Assembly (NCBI GenBank): GCA_030167865.1
Contig: JALAGF010003830.1
Coordinates: 1 to 58,402, forward strand
Source of the DNA: Craspedostauros australis
Lineage: Eukaryota
Length of the DNA stretch: 58,402 bases
Direction: 5' to 3'
The position numbers and the translations under genes are program-made. Positions within the stretch are counted from its first letter, which is position 1; the number at the start of each line of letters is the position of its first letter. Under the pieces are notes generated by a model. That model did no database searches and was not told the DNA's origin. It was given only the letters and a program-made list of their open reading frames with translations. This document shows, piece after piece, positions 32,161-44,900 of this stretch.

Positions 32161-33309
32161 ATGTTCGCAACCATGAAAGGAACGCCGCCGCCTCCACCAT
32201 CATCATCGAGCCGCACCAGACGCGGCTACCTCAGCAGCAGCAGCAGCAACAACAGCGACAATCTTGGAAGGCATTCGTTGCACTCAGATAGACCGTCCCA
32301 GAGAACATCCACGTCATCGTGGTCTTCATCGAAAAGCACCAGCAGAAGTCACGGCAACAACCTGCGCTCACCGACCAGCGAATCGAGGTCTTCCTCGTCA
32401 TCCAATGCTTCGTATTGGTCCAGCCTCGGAATCGGGTCCTTCGTCGGAAAACCGATGGCGAAGGCCATGGACATGGTCGATTACGTCGGTCAGGCTCTGC
32501 AGCAAACCGTCTCTCCCAGCACATCCGGCCGCGGCGACGGAAAACACAAGACGAGCAAGACGAACAAGACGAAGAACAAATCAAGACTCTTCCCCACCAA
32601 CTCCTGGCATGGCAACAGCTCCAACGACACGGTCACCACGCACGGTGATGACGACAGCTCCAACGACCGCCAGGACTCGCAGCCGGATCTGAGCTGGATC
32701 TCCAGCGAAGACACCATCAGCGACCACAGCGGCAGCAGCAGGAGGCATGGCATCAACATGGACAGCATGCACTACAGCAATGGCAACGATGGTGATGATG
32801 ATGATGATGTGTATTCCATCAACACCGATGCACAAATCGAAGAGTTTGGCATCGAACAAGTCCTCGACGAAGATTACAACATCATGGCACGTCAATCATA
32901 CGCAGCGCAACAACAACAACAACATCATCATCATTATCATTATGATCAGCAGCAACATCAAGACGAAGAAGACTATGACGACCAGCAGACAGGATTCCAA
33001 TTCACCATGTCATCTCAAGACGTCCCAACCAAAACATCGAAGCGCAAATCGAGACGACGCAATGGCCACCGACGCAAGATCTCCACCGACTCCAGCTCTC
33101 AGGCATCATCGACCATGCCAGACGATGAGCTGTTTGCCTTCCGCCTCGCCAATCCCTCCGACCACAGCTCCATCACGATGGAACCCGGCTCGCAACGATC
33201 GCATCGCAGCAACATGAGCCTCACATCCGACAGCACGTTGGATGGATTGGACTTTGTCGACGATTGGTCGCTCTACAGCAAGAGTTCGCACTCCGGTAGC
33301 CAACGCTGA
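32161..33309 (+). CDS. Ser/Asp-rich low-complexity hypothetical protein, probably disordered
   Basis: 382-codon ORF from accATG with C-ending codon bias like neighbouring genes and a CA-rich leader. No recognisable domain. Confidence 0.65.
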   Translation: MFATMKGTPPPPPSSSSRTRRGYLSSSSSNNSDNLGRHSLHSDRPSQRTSTSSWSSSKSTSRSHGNNLRSPTSESRSSSSSNASYWSSLGIGSFVGKPMAKAMDMVDYVGQALQQTVSPSTSGRGDGKHKTSKTNKTKNKSRLFPTNSWHGNSSNDTVTTHGDDDSSNDRQDSQPDLSWISSEDTISDHSGSSRRHGINMDSMHYSNGNDGDDDDDVYSINTDAQIEEFGIEQVLDEDYNIMARQSYAAQQQQQHHHHYHYDQQQHQDEEDYDDQQTGFQFTMSSQDVPTKTSKRKSRRRNGHRRKISTDSSSQASSTMPDDELFAFRLANPSDHSSITMEPGSQRSHRSNMSLTSDSTLDGLDFVDDWSLYSKSSHSGSQR

Positions 33310-34536
33310 GCCGGACCTGCCCTCTTTGCGGGCAAAAGAGACAATGCGTACATGCTAGTACGTGCAAGCAATAGCATCGCGCGCATATCGGGTCCGTTGT
33401 TGGGGCCCCATCGCATACTCTGCGAGAGTACATTCTTTTCCATAATTTTCCTTTCATCCATTTTTCTGCACACACAACCTAAACGACTGGAGAGAGAGAG
33501 AGAGAGAACTACATATCCATACTTATCCATTTCAATAGATCACAATACCCGTTCACATTCATCAAGGTGTCTTTATTGGTGATCAGATGTACTCCTCTAT
33601 GTATGGATCGAGCACATTGCCTATCGTACACGTGATGTCCCGTCAATCTATCCATTCTGGACGCTCGGACCAACTCCACCGATGCGTGTCATGGCTGATG
33701 GCCCTTGTGTCGGTATGCACGAGTATGAATGGTGTTCTGGAGAGTGGACTCCACAAGCAAGATGAGGAGAGAGCCCATAGAAAGTCCAAGAGCAATCAAA
33801 GAGACATGCACCGGCACGGGGAAAGCAAAGACGGAGTAGCGCACAATAATTGGAATGACACGAACTCAGGAGGAAGTGCCGCGAGGAAGATAGTCCAAGT
33901 CACGCAAACCGCCACGAACATGAGAACAGCATCGCCGAACAAGATGCAGCATGCTGTGCGAATGTTCGTCGACAAAGTATGGGACAATGGAAAAGTAGAG
34001 TGCGTTTTTCCCGTTGGGGCTGCGAGAGAGAGAGAGACAGGATGAACCGATGGACGTGAGAAGGGGCGTCAGAACACTCTATTGTACACATTGAGTAGGT
34101 AAGTATGGGTGTCCTGTAATCTGCCATGGGTATGTATAATTGGCACCGCATGTACCATCCAGAAGACACTGCTCTATGCAGAATCGTATTCTAAAGAGAA
34201 GGATTGTCTGCTGTAATTCTAGCTTTTTTCTGACAGCCTTCGACTATCGCCGCACAGACCGGTTTTCGGTTGCAACAACGTCAGTTTCGGCGACAAGAAT
34301 CGGCAACCTGTGCGATCTTTCAGCGTCATCATTGGACTCAGCACCAAGAACAGGCACCGTCGTGGTGACAAGAGAGCACCATCACGCACCCATCCATCAC
34401 CAGCAAGATCGCCACCAGCGTGAGACAGTTCACCAAGCAACAAGCAACACAACACAACGCTATACCAATCACTCTTATATGCATTGACCAATTCTACTGC
34501 ATTCTGTGCTCCTCGCAACCAAACTCCGAATCCATC

Positions 34537-34998
34537 ATGAGACAAGCTATCTCCATCAACGTCATGATCTGCGTATGCGTTTGCATCAGCACGATTCTGA
34601 CATCCACCGTCGAAGCGTTCCACTTGCAACCAGCGATGCGTTCGGTGGCAGCAAGCAAGATGACATCCTCCAGCGCCCCGCAACTGGCGGCGAATCTCCA
34701 ATGGAGTCGCAACGAGGAGCGCTCGATCGCCCTTTACAACGCCGATGGCGATGACAAGATGTCCGAGGCACCTCCGAAATCGTTGGAAGACAAGATGAAG
34801 TCCTGGGAGGCAACAGAAGAAGAGCGCAAGGCAGCGACGTTGGGCGGCGTGATCCCGGAAAACAGATCCGATGCCTTCGATGTCGGTCTGTGGGTGCTGT
34901 TCCCCTTCATGATTGCCACTGGACTGATCTTCGCCTTCTTCCCTTTCATCATGGGCAACATCGATGTCTCCAGCGTGGGCCCTCCGCCGACCGTGTGA
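34537..34998 (+). CDS. Small single-pass membrane protein with bipartite plastid presequence
   Basis: Signal peptide ending VEA|FHL (ASAFAP-like), Ser/Ala-rich transit peptide, C-terminal TM FDVGLWVLFPFMIATGLIFAFFPFIM. Confidence 0.8.
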   Translation: MRQAISINVMICVCVCISTILTSTVEAFHLQPAMRSVAASKMTSSSAPQLAANLQWSRNEERSIALYNADGDDKMSEAPPKSLEDKMKSWEATEEERKAATLGGVIPENRSDAFDVGLWVLFPFMIATGLIFAFFPFIMGNIDVSSVGPPPTV

Positions 34999-36284
34999 GA
35001 GCCGCGGGAAGGCGAGGGAAGAAAAAAACGGCAGCGGATGCATCCGGCAAGATGGAGCCAGTCAGCGAATGGAGATGCGGATCGACGGAGGCACGAGCGC
35101 CTGGTCGGTTGAACGGTGTTAGTAACACATCACTCGTCTCATCCGAAAGCCTCACTCACCTCATGTGGTGACACTGAAGCAAGCGAACCATCCATGATGC
35201 ATGATGCACCATGCACCATGCAGACGACCAAGAAGCCAAGACCAAGACGGACCTTGCAACGACGACGACGACGACACAGGCAGAACGTTAACATGACAAG
35301 ATCCAGAATATGCAACACACACAGACAGACCTACATACATACCATACACACACGTGCATACACAGCAACAAACATGTTCGAACCTTCAATTATGCGCTTG
35401 TGGATGATCACCAACGAGCATTGCGTAGCATTCATCGTGCTGCCATGATCACGGCGGCAATTTCCTTTCTTGCTGGCCCAATGCACGAGATATTTCCCAC
35501 GTAAAACAAGCCACACCCACGGGAATGGCAGTGCACAACGGATCACAGTTCAGGTTTTCTCGCAACCACCTTGACAGCACAATTCTCCTCTGACACGAAG
35601 GGAACAGCTGCTATCAATTCAACACTGCTTCTTTGCTACCAACACGCACACGCGCCCGCACACACACACGCCCGCACAGAAGTATCTCCACCGTGGTTCC
35701 CCAACAAAACACGGCGGGGCCAGCGTGGATTTCCTGCTGATTTTTCATTGAAATTTAAGCACGTGAGATGCCTACGGATACTCACTGGATCTATCACACT
35801 TCCTACCGACTTCCAAGAAGAAGTGTTCCACGTTTCAGGTTGTGCCGATCATCGCATCACATCACATCTCAAACACATGCACATGGAACTGACCTTGCTT
35901 GAAAGTCAAGAGATATCAACTCAGCCTGGCGAAGATACCACCCATGTCCATGAACAGCCTCCATCTCCGCGGCCAGCGTCCCAAACAGTCCCATCACGGT
36001 GACGATCGTCCGCGCCGCCACAATCCATCGAGCGCCTCGACTCCGATTGCACGGTGCCCGGCGGACACGGAACAAAGAGACCAAGCACATTGCTGGTGGG
36101 CGTCTTCTTCAGCATGCCATCTCCACGGACAGTAGCTGGGCCCCTGTGGGAGGGTGAGCATTGCTGCGGTGAGTGCGACTGCAACTGCAACTGCGACAGC
36201 AAGAGAAACAAAGAGAGAATCAAGAACAACAGCAAGGGCAAAGGCAAGAACGACCCGCCCTTTCCCCACCTTTTTCAAGGCATC

Positions 36285-39200
36285 ATGAGTGTTGATACAG
36301 TTGCCGTGCCAGCCGTCAACCAAGACGGCATCTTCCATCCAACAGCGACAACAAGAGAAGCGGTCGTTTCTCGATCAATTTCAACATCATCATCACATCC
36401 CCCTTTCCCACCACCATTCCCATCACCTTTCCCATCGTCTTCGACTCCAGCACCACCATTGCTGCCACCATCGCCGCCGCCGTCGTCGTCGTGCGTGTCT
36501 CCGAATCAAGCTCAGTCTCGACACGATCTGAAGATCCCATCACATCGTGTACGGACGAATCCATACCCGTCGGAGTCACCTACTTCCACGATCGCTGAAC
36601 ACTGGAAGTTTGATCCCGTGATGTTGAGCTCTGGCCTGCTCGGCGTTGAAATCAATCAAAGAGAAACTGGATCATCCGCGGAAAGTTCTATGGAGCCAAC
36701 GACTGCGCCGCGGATGGCAGACCCTGTTGCTGTTGGACCTGCCGCGGAAATTTCGGCCGAGTCCGTATCCGTTGCCACAACCAGTTCCACCATTGCATCG
36801 CAAGAGGCCAGTTCAACTGTGACACCAGATCTTTCGCCGACCGTCGCCCCAACGTCCAACCCACTCTCCTCCGAAACATCACCCGCCCAGTCGATTGCAG
36901 CGCCGGCGTTCGCCTTGGCATCAACATTTGAACCCATTGTAGCTGACAGAGAAGCAGCAGCCACAGCCACAGTAACAGCAACAGAACGGGAAGCACGGCT
37001 ACAAGTCCCGAGTCTCTCCCTTACGTACATACCCTGTTCGTCACCATCCGTCCTGGACGAGGAAGAGCACATACGCCAGACAAAACGTGCGCGACGAAGC
37101 TCGTCTTTGCCACAGCTAGAAATTGGGAACGCCAAACCTCGACCTCCGCTCGTGCATTTTGGGAACTCTCGTATCATGGAGTTCTGGGAAAGAAGTCAAC
37201 GCCAAGCATCGGACAGCAGCTCTGAAGACCAAGATGACGAGCATCAGGAAGGAGCGGGCCAGGAGACCGTCGATTCCACCAATGAAGAAGCGAGGCAGGT
37301 AGCTCAAGGGGGTGTGGAGATTCTCGAGGTTATGCCGTTCACGTCGATTCCTTTCGCATCCTTCGAGGCTGCCGCAGGCATAGTTGCTGCTCAAGAGTTC
37401 GCCGCTTCCGCTGATGAGGACCAAGAACAAGATCTATCTGATGATGTAGAGACCGCTGCAGCTGCCGCTGGTCTGACGATCCTCAATCTGGATGAGGACA
37501 TCTTGGGCACCATCAATGATGGCAACCAACCAGATCACTTCACGCAGATGTATGACAGCGAAGGCCACGCCGGGATACCGGCATCGGGCAACCTGGAGTT
37601 CCAGTTCAACGAAGCCACCGCCACAGCAAAGCAACAGGAAGATGACAGCGATTCCAATCAAGAGGTGAGCAAAGCTGTGATGCGGCCGGCATACACACGT
37701 GCTTGCACTAGCACTAGTATGAGTACATGCACCGTTCTGCACGCTGCACTTGTCATATCGTCGCTGTTGTTCAATGCTGTCCCATCGTTCATCGACCTCA
37801 CCAGTATCACTTGTCTTCGTTCCTTGCTGCACGTATACATGCACATGCAATGCGCATTCGCCCGTCCACACATCTACACCCTCCAATGTTCGGCCATGAT
37901 GATTCGCCGGGCTTCCCGACGTTCCAACGGATGCTGATATGGCACTGTGGAACACGACGACAGATGGATTGCAAACCCAGCGCAGTGGATATGTCGGCTG
38001 ATCAGCACAGACACTATGCCAGCGGCAACAACTCCCTGGCGGGCGATATGCTCGATTCTGAGAACCTCGATCGCGCTTTGGCGGTGCGAGAGTCTTTCCT
38101 TGAATACACATCGGAGGGCCTCAACGTCCCGCCGGTGGCATCGATGCCCAACGAAGAGGCTGACTCCATGGAGACCGAACTGGATTTCTTCCCGCCTATG
38201 CCTCCCTTGGGGTACTCAGCCTCTTTTGTGGACGAAGAAGAGGACGCCAAGCCAAAAGCGAAACCGTCTCAAGTCTCTCCAAAAACAGAGACAGATGAGG
38301 ACTTGGCAAAGACGGATGAATCGGGCGAGGCCTCCTTACATGCTGCCGCACCAGAAGAATCCAAGGAGGCAGCTGCACCCGCCCCTGGTCGCACCCGTAT
38401 CACTACTCCCTACGTCCCCCCTGCCGAGTACACTGGAGAATACCGTCTCGGCCCATCAAGCCGGGAGCTCGTGGATGCTGGGTGCAGCCGTCAACAAGGA
38501 GCGCTGAGGAGCTGGTATGCCAGGATGGAGGAGCTGCATATGTTCAGGGACCATTTTGGACACAGTGAGTATCAGTCCTTTCCTCCTTGATTGCTTGCAT
38601 GTTCGTCCACCTGCCAACACACCTACTTCCCCACCGACCAGATAGTTCTACAGTGTGGGATGTCGTCATTGCAATTCTGTTGTCTGCCTGTCCATGTCCA
38701 TCTTTGGAATTGCTCACTGGTTCTGACATCATTTCTTGTTCTTGGTCTGGCCTTTTCTATCGTCGGAATCTGCCTTCGATGTCGCATCTCTTCACTTCTC
38801 AACACCGTTGCAGCGCGCGTGCCCCAAAAGTACAAATTCAATCGAGCGTTGGGCGTTTGGGTGAACAAGTAAGTGGAAGGATGCGCATGCACACATACGG
38901 ATGTGGAGCCCGACTGTTGCGCAAGACATGCTTGTAGGGATGAACATGAGTGCGCCATTTCGTAGCCGCAGTCGATATCTGTGCTTGATCTCACTCCGTT
39001 CAAAACTCACTGTCTGCGTGTTTGTGGCACCCCTTTGATGCGTACGTTGACCTTCAACATTGTGTCAACTATGATATGTGCATACTCCTTGCCTTCCCTT
39101 GTCCTGCCATGGATTTCTGGCCATCTGCTTGTTCGTCACCAGACAACGTATGCAATACAGCCACCACTTGAATAAGGAGAAGAACAGCCTGACGCCAACG

Positions 39201-39992
39201 AAAATCAAACATCTTTTCGGAGTTGGCTTCGAGTTTGCCAAACCGAAAGGAAAGAAAGCTTGGGACCTCAAATACAAAGCTCTCCAAGAGTACTTCAAGA
39301 CCCACGGCCATTGTAAGCACAATCGCACCCGTCAGCCTGCCTGCTGGTTCTCTCGCTCGCTTGCGTTTTGGTTGGATTTGCATCTCATGTAATGTGCTGC
39401 AAAGAAACAAGATGAACAAAACAGAATACGCTTCGACCGTACTCGGAAGATGGTTGCGTTGCTTTCCAATTGGCGCCATGCGTCAGCATGAAAACTGTCA
39501 CTCACATCTGGAACCCTCTTCGCGCTTCACCAATACTCTTTCTGTCCATGTGGTTGAAATGTGCATTGCGATGGACTTCGCGCTTACCTCACACATGCTT
39601 GACCATTGGTTGACCATTGATCCTTCTGTCTCTGTGACCGTAATCGCAATGTCACCGCTTCAGCCGACGTTCCGACGAAGCAGACTAAGGACGGTGGGCT
39701 TGGGCGTTGGGTGTCCACGCAACGTCAAGCTTACAAGAATCGATCCAAGCCGAAAGATGCACGGGGGCGATCAAAACCTGTGCTGAGCGACGAACAGGTC
39801 GCTTTGCTGCTGAAGGTGAACTTCAAATGGTCTCTGACCGCCGGCTCGCGTGGCAAGAGAGGAAGGGGCAAGAAGAACAGTAAGAAGAACGACAAGAGCA
39901 ACGGCGATGACAGCAACGACGATGGTAGAGACGACGATGACACAGACAGCGGAGGAAGCAAGGGGAGCAAACGAAAGCGTGGCTCTCCGTGA
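36285..39992 (+). CDS. Helicase-associated (HA) repeat protein; exons about 36285-37664, 37964-38564, 38814-38868, 39143-39312, 39664-39992 (start uncertain)
   Basis: The spliced product gives two HA domains: WYARMEELHMFRDHFGHTRVPQKY...LGVWVNKQR...IKHLFGVGFEF and WDLKYKALQEYFKTHGHSDVP...LGRWVSTQR...LLLKVNFKW. All four GT-AG introns are phase-compatible. Confidence 0.85.
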
Positions 39993-41963
39993 AAGAGCCT
40001 TTCACGGTGACGAAACGAAGTGTTTATATATAAAAGTGATGCCATGACAATATTGGAAGCCAGTTGATGAGTGAAACTTGCGGGGGCACAGCAGGGCATG
40101 AGGATTGGCCGGTGCTTTTCATGGTGCATCTGGGTGCGTCATTGTGTCGGAAGCAGAGAGGAACGCATCCGCTCACAGCCCTCACATCGAACTTACGCGC
40201 CAATCCACCAACCAATCTCATCGTGGAGCCGGGTACCAATGCGAGTGAGAGTGCCAGAGGAGTCAGTTATGGTTTCTGTGTTGGCAACCCAAGGAAAAAT
40301 GAGAAGTTGAGTAGTGATTTTGGAACCCCACACTCCATCTTTGTGCGTGTGAGACCTTGTCCTCGATCTCGCCCCATGGCCACGTTCACTTCCATGGACA
40401 TTGAGGTTTATGTTGATCATACTCGTACAAGTGCATACTCTACGAGTAGGTCAGTGGTTCATGCTTTGATTCAGAATTCAGATCAGGTTTTATCGCGATG
40501 ACCGTACCATACAAAATATACGACAAATCCTGAATATGACGAGAAGGTCGGTGTCCTTGCACAACCATGATGCTTCTTTTCTCTCTTGATACGGGCACTC
40601 GGACGCTGCCACCTCGACGACGTCCTCGTACCGGCTTGTAGAATGTGGTGCTGATCGTTCTGTTGCCGTTCTGGCGTTGTCTTGGAAACGACTCCCAAAG
40701 AGGGAGATGATGTCCAAAGAAATGGAGGGTTGGTTTTGACGGCGACAGCAATCTCTGTGACGACTGGATGCCTGGAAAGCAGAACGGGCAACCTCGCCAG
40801 GCGCCGGACCAGCCCTGTCACACTGGCACGAGGTGTCGTACTGTATCATCCTCATAACAGTATTCTGACCACAATCATCGTCGCAATGCTCACGGAATAT
40901 TGCCGATTGCTGCCATCGTTCCAGTCACGCAAGAAGCATACACCTATTGCAGCTACGTTGGTCCATTGGACTGCTCGATGGAGTAGCTCGTGGTCCATAT
41001 TAACTCTGGCGCGTCCGACATCTTTGGACGTATGTCCTCGGCACAACTCTACCCACATTTGTACAAGTGTCGTGCCTTGGTGCGTTGCTTCATCCGAATT
41101 CTAGCATACCTGTGCATCCATTGAGAACGTTGCATGTATTGCGAAGGCGACCTTCCTTTCCGCTCAGTATACTGTACGCAATTACCCATCCAACATTTTT
41201 GTACGAGAAGAGGCGACTAAACTCGCAATGTTAGATTCCGCGATACAACGATAGTATCTACACGGGACTTATACTCGTGAATCGATGCTGAGATTATCGA
41301 GCGAAACGACTCTTTTTGTGAATCGTGAGAGAACGAAAGATGCGAGAAATTTCGCTCACAAATTCGTCTTGAAAAACATGATCCAACTGCCACCGCCACA
41401 AATCAAAATCATTCGTTTTGGTGAGAACCACAGAACGTTGACAACCAGGAAAAAACTGACTGATGGATCAACCAATCGACCGAGTGGCACTTCATCCGCA
41501 GTGCAAGTGGCGGGATAGTGAACGACACCAGCAATACAAAAAGAAACATGAGTGCTGAAACAGAGAGGTGAAGGGAAAGAGGAAGCGATAACTGTGGAGG
41601 CTTCAGATACTGTCAGTCAACAAGACATCATACAAAGAGCTACAATATTCGTACCATACTCAACGTATGCATGTAAATCACAACAATCATTGCAACAGGC
41701 CCACATCAAGCATCTCTCATTGCATCGCATCGATCATTCTTCAGCACATCGTACCTCTGACGATCAATGATCAACACCATCAGCGCACATCGGCATACAT
41801 CGAGATCCATCGATAATCGTCAAGGTTCAAACCAAAGTACTGCACCTTGCATTCCAGAGGCAATCATCGACAGCATCGGCACATCAGCTCACTCTACCCC
41901 GCGCACATCCGAAAGAAGCGCAACAATCATCGCAATCATTTTCTGTGACGTATCAACTGCAAA

Positions 41964-44900
41964 ATGGGACTTAACAAGACTTCAACAATCGGAAGATGGC
42001 CGCTGCGACTTGCAACTGGAGTGCTTGTCTGCCTTCATCTTGTGCAGACGCATGTCGAAGGACGTCCTTCAAATCTGAACCATCATTTCGATGCATCCAA
42101 CAACCACGCACGCAATAGCATCATCGGTAGAGGCATGACACCACAAACAGAAGACGCGAGGAACTTGCAATCGAGGTTCACCAACTTCTTCCCTTTGGAA
42201 ACAGATGGAAAGGGCAAAGGTAAGGGCAAAGGTAAGGGAAGCAGCAAAACTAATAACAATGGGAAAGGGAAAGGAAACAGCTCGAAGAAAAATGCGAAAA
42301 GTGAATCGACAGGGAAAGGCCTGGCGCAGCTCCCGGATGGATCACAGGACGGAGAGACAGAGCCAAGCATCGGCCAAAGTGGAGGAAAGGGGAAAGGGAA
42401 GGGAAGCAGCCAACCGCTCCGTTTCTGCGATGAACTGGACTTTGTGGACGAAAACGACGAGATGGATTCTATCGACTCCTCCTCAAAGTCATCAAAATCA
42501 TCAAAAAGCGACAAAAGCTCTGGGAAGGGCAAAGGCAAAGGATCCACGAGCGAAGGCTCAGATTCACTATCCGCATCGATGAATGAGAGAAATGATAGTG
42601 GCAAAGGCAAAGGCAAGGGAGGAAAGTCGGGAAAGGCAGCCAATTGCGTACGCCGACTTCCATCCACAGCGCGTCCGACAACGACAACAGCGCCATCCGT
42701 GGGGCCCACCACAGAAGCTCCAACGGGGACTTCACAGACTCCTGTTCCAACGATAGCACCAACGACCATCCTGGCAGTTACCCTTTCCCCAACCGAGACC
42801 CAGGCGACAAGTCAACCCACAGTGCCGCAGCTTGACACTCTTCCGCCTTCGGAAAATCTGACCACGGATCAACCGACCATGTTGTTGCCGACGGAGATGC
42901 CCACGACAGACGATCTCCCCACACTTGCACCAACAGATGCGCCCCTGCCGACCTCAGCCCCTACTAACGAACCGCTCATTACACCTATGCCCACGGACGT
43001 GTCCCTGACAACCGAAGCTCCCACACGCGAAGTATTGATGACGCAGGCACCCACAGATGGAACGCCGGCGACAGATGCGCCGACTCCTGCTCAGCAAACC
43101 ACCGATTCGCCGACTCAGGCACAGTTGACGACGGATGCTCCAACTCAAGCGCAAGCAACGACTGCTGCACCAACACAGGCACAAGGAAGCACAGATGCGC
43201 CAACGCAGGCGCAGGCGGCGACGGATGCGCCGACGCAATCACAAGCCATGACGGATTCGCCTACACAGGCACAAGTAGCCACAGATGTGCCAACGCAAGT
43301 GCAAGCGACAACCGACTCGCCATCACAGGCACAAGCAACGACGGATGCCCCAACGCAACCACAAATGACCACAGATGCACCATCACAGGCACAGGCGACA
43401 ACGGATGCGCCCACTCAACCACAAGCAACAACGAATGCGCCAACGCAATCACAAGCAGCGACTGATGCGCCAACTCAATCGCAAGCAACCACAGATGCAC
43501 CATCACAGGCGCAAGTAGCGACGGATACTCCAACATCAGCGCAAGTGGCGACGGATGCGCCAACTCAACCACAGATAACTACAGATGCGCCATCGCAATC
43601 GCAAGTGGCCACTGACGCACCATCACAAGCACAGGTATCGACTGACGCACCAACGCAGGCGCAAGTAGCGACAGATGCTCCAACATCAGCGCAAGTGGCG
43701 ACGGATGCGCCAACTCAACCACAGATAACTACAGATGCGCCATCGCAATCGCAAGTGGCCACTGACGCACCATCACAAGCACAGGTATCGACTGACGCAC
43801 CAACGCAGGCGCAAGTAGCGACAGATGCTCCAACATCAGCGCAAGTGGCGACGGATGCGCCAACTCAATCACAGGTAACTACAGATGCGCCAACGCAGGC
43901 GCAAGCAATGACCGACTCGCCAACTCAACCACAAGCAATGACTGATTCGCCAACACAACCGCAAGTAGCGACAGATGCCCCAACCCAGGCGCAGGTATCT
44001 ACCAACGCACCAACACAACCGCAGGTGACGACTGATTCGCCAACACAACCGCAAGTAGCGACAGATGCCCCAACTCAGACGCAGGTATCTACCGACGCAC
44101 CAACACAACCGCAGGTGACGACTGACTCGCCAACTCAACCACAGATAACTACTGACGCGCCAACACAACCGCAGGTGACGACTGATACACCAACTCAACC
44201 ACAAGTGACGACCGACGCGCCAACGGAGGGACCAGTGGTAACAACAGAAATGCCGACGTCACCACAACCGACGACACTGTCACCAACAGTATCGCCAGCT
44301 CCCACGGTGCCGGCAACGTTATCACCAACGACCACGATGTCGCCAACCATCACGATGTCGCCCACCAATGATCCGTTTGGGGAAGAAACGGAGGGCATCG
44401 AAGAAACGGAGATCACGATTGGCCCTATCCCATTCAGCGTCGTCTACCGGTTGGACAGCGTCAAGCCTGAGATCGTCGAGTGGCATCTCACCAGCTTGGA
44501 AGGGTTGACGAGGACCTTCTTGAGCAACTTCATGAAAGGAGAGTTCGAGGCTGGCATTGACTCGATGCAAGACGACAGTACTACGCCTGACGATGCGATC
44601 AGTCGAAGGTCTCTGATCGAGGAGGACATTGATGCGGACACAAACGTGTTTGATGCAATCCATGACTTCTCCACGTCTGTCGTTGATTTTCGAGTACTGC
44701 CGTCAACAGACAACGACACGAAGGATGGAATTAGCACCATCCAGGTGGACTTTACGTCCATTGCAAGGTTCATCAATCCGGCCCATAGCCCTACGACCCA
44801 GAAACTTCTCAATGGACTTCGTACAGCATTCTCAGAGGATCACATTTCTGAGTATCAGAACGGATTGATGCTATTGGGTCACAGCAATCCATTCTCAACG

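Noticed and set aside
43071-44225. Regular 30-bp periodicity as a CRISPR-like array
   Set aside because: No constant repeat with unique spacers and no cas genes. It is an in-frame coding mucin repeat in a eukaryote.
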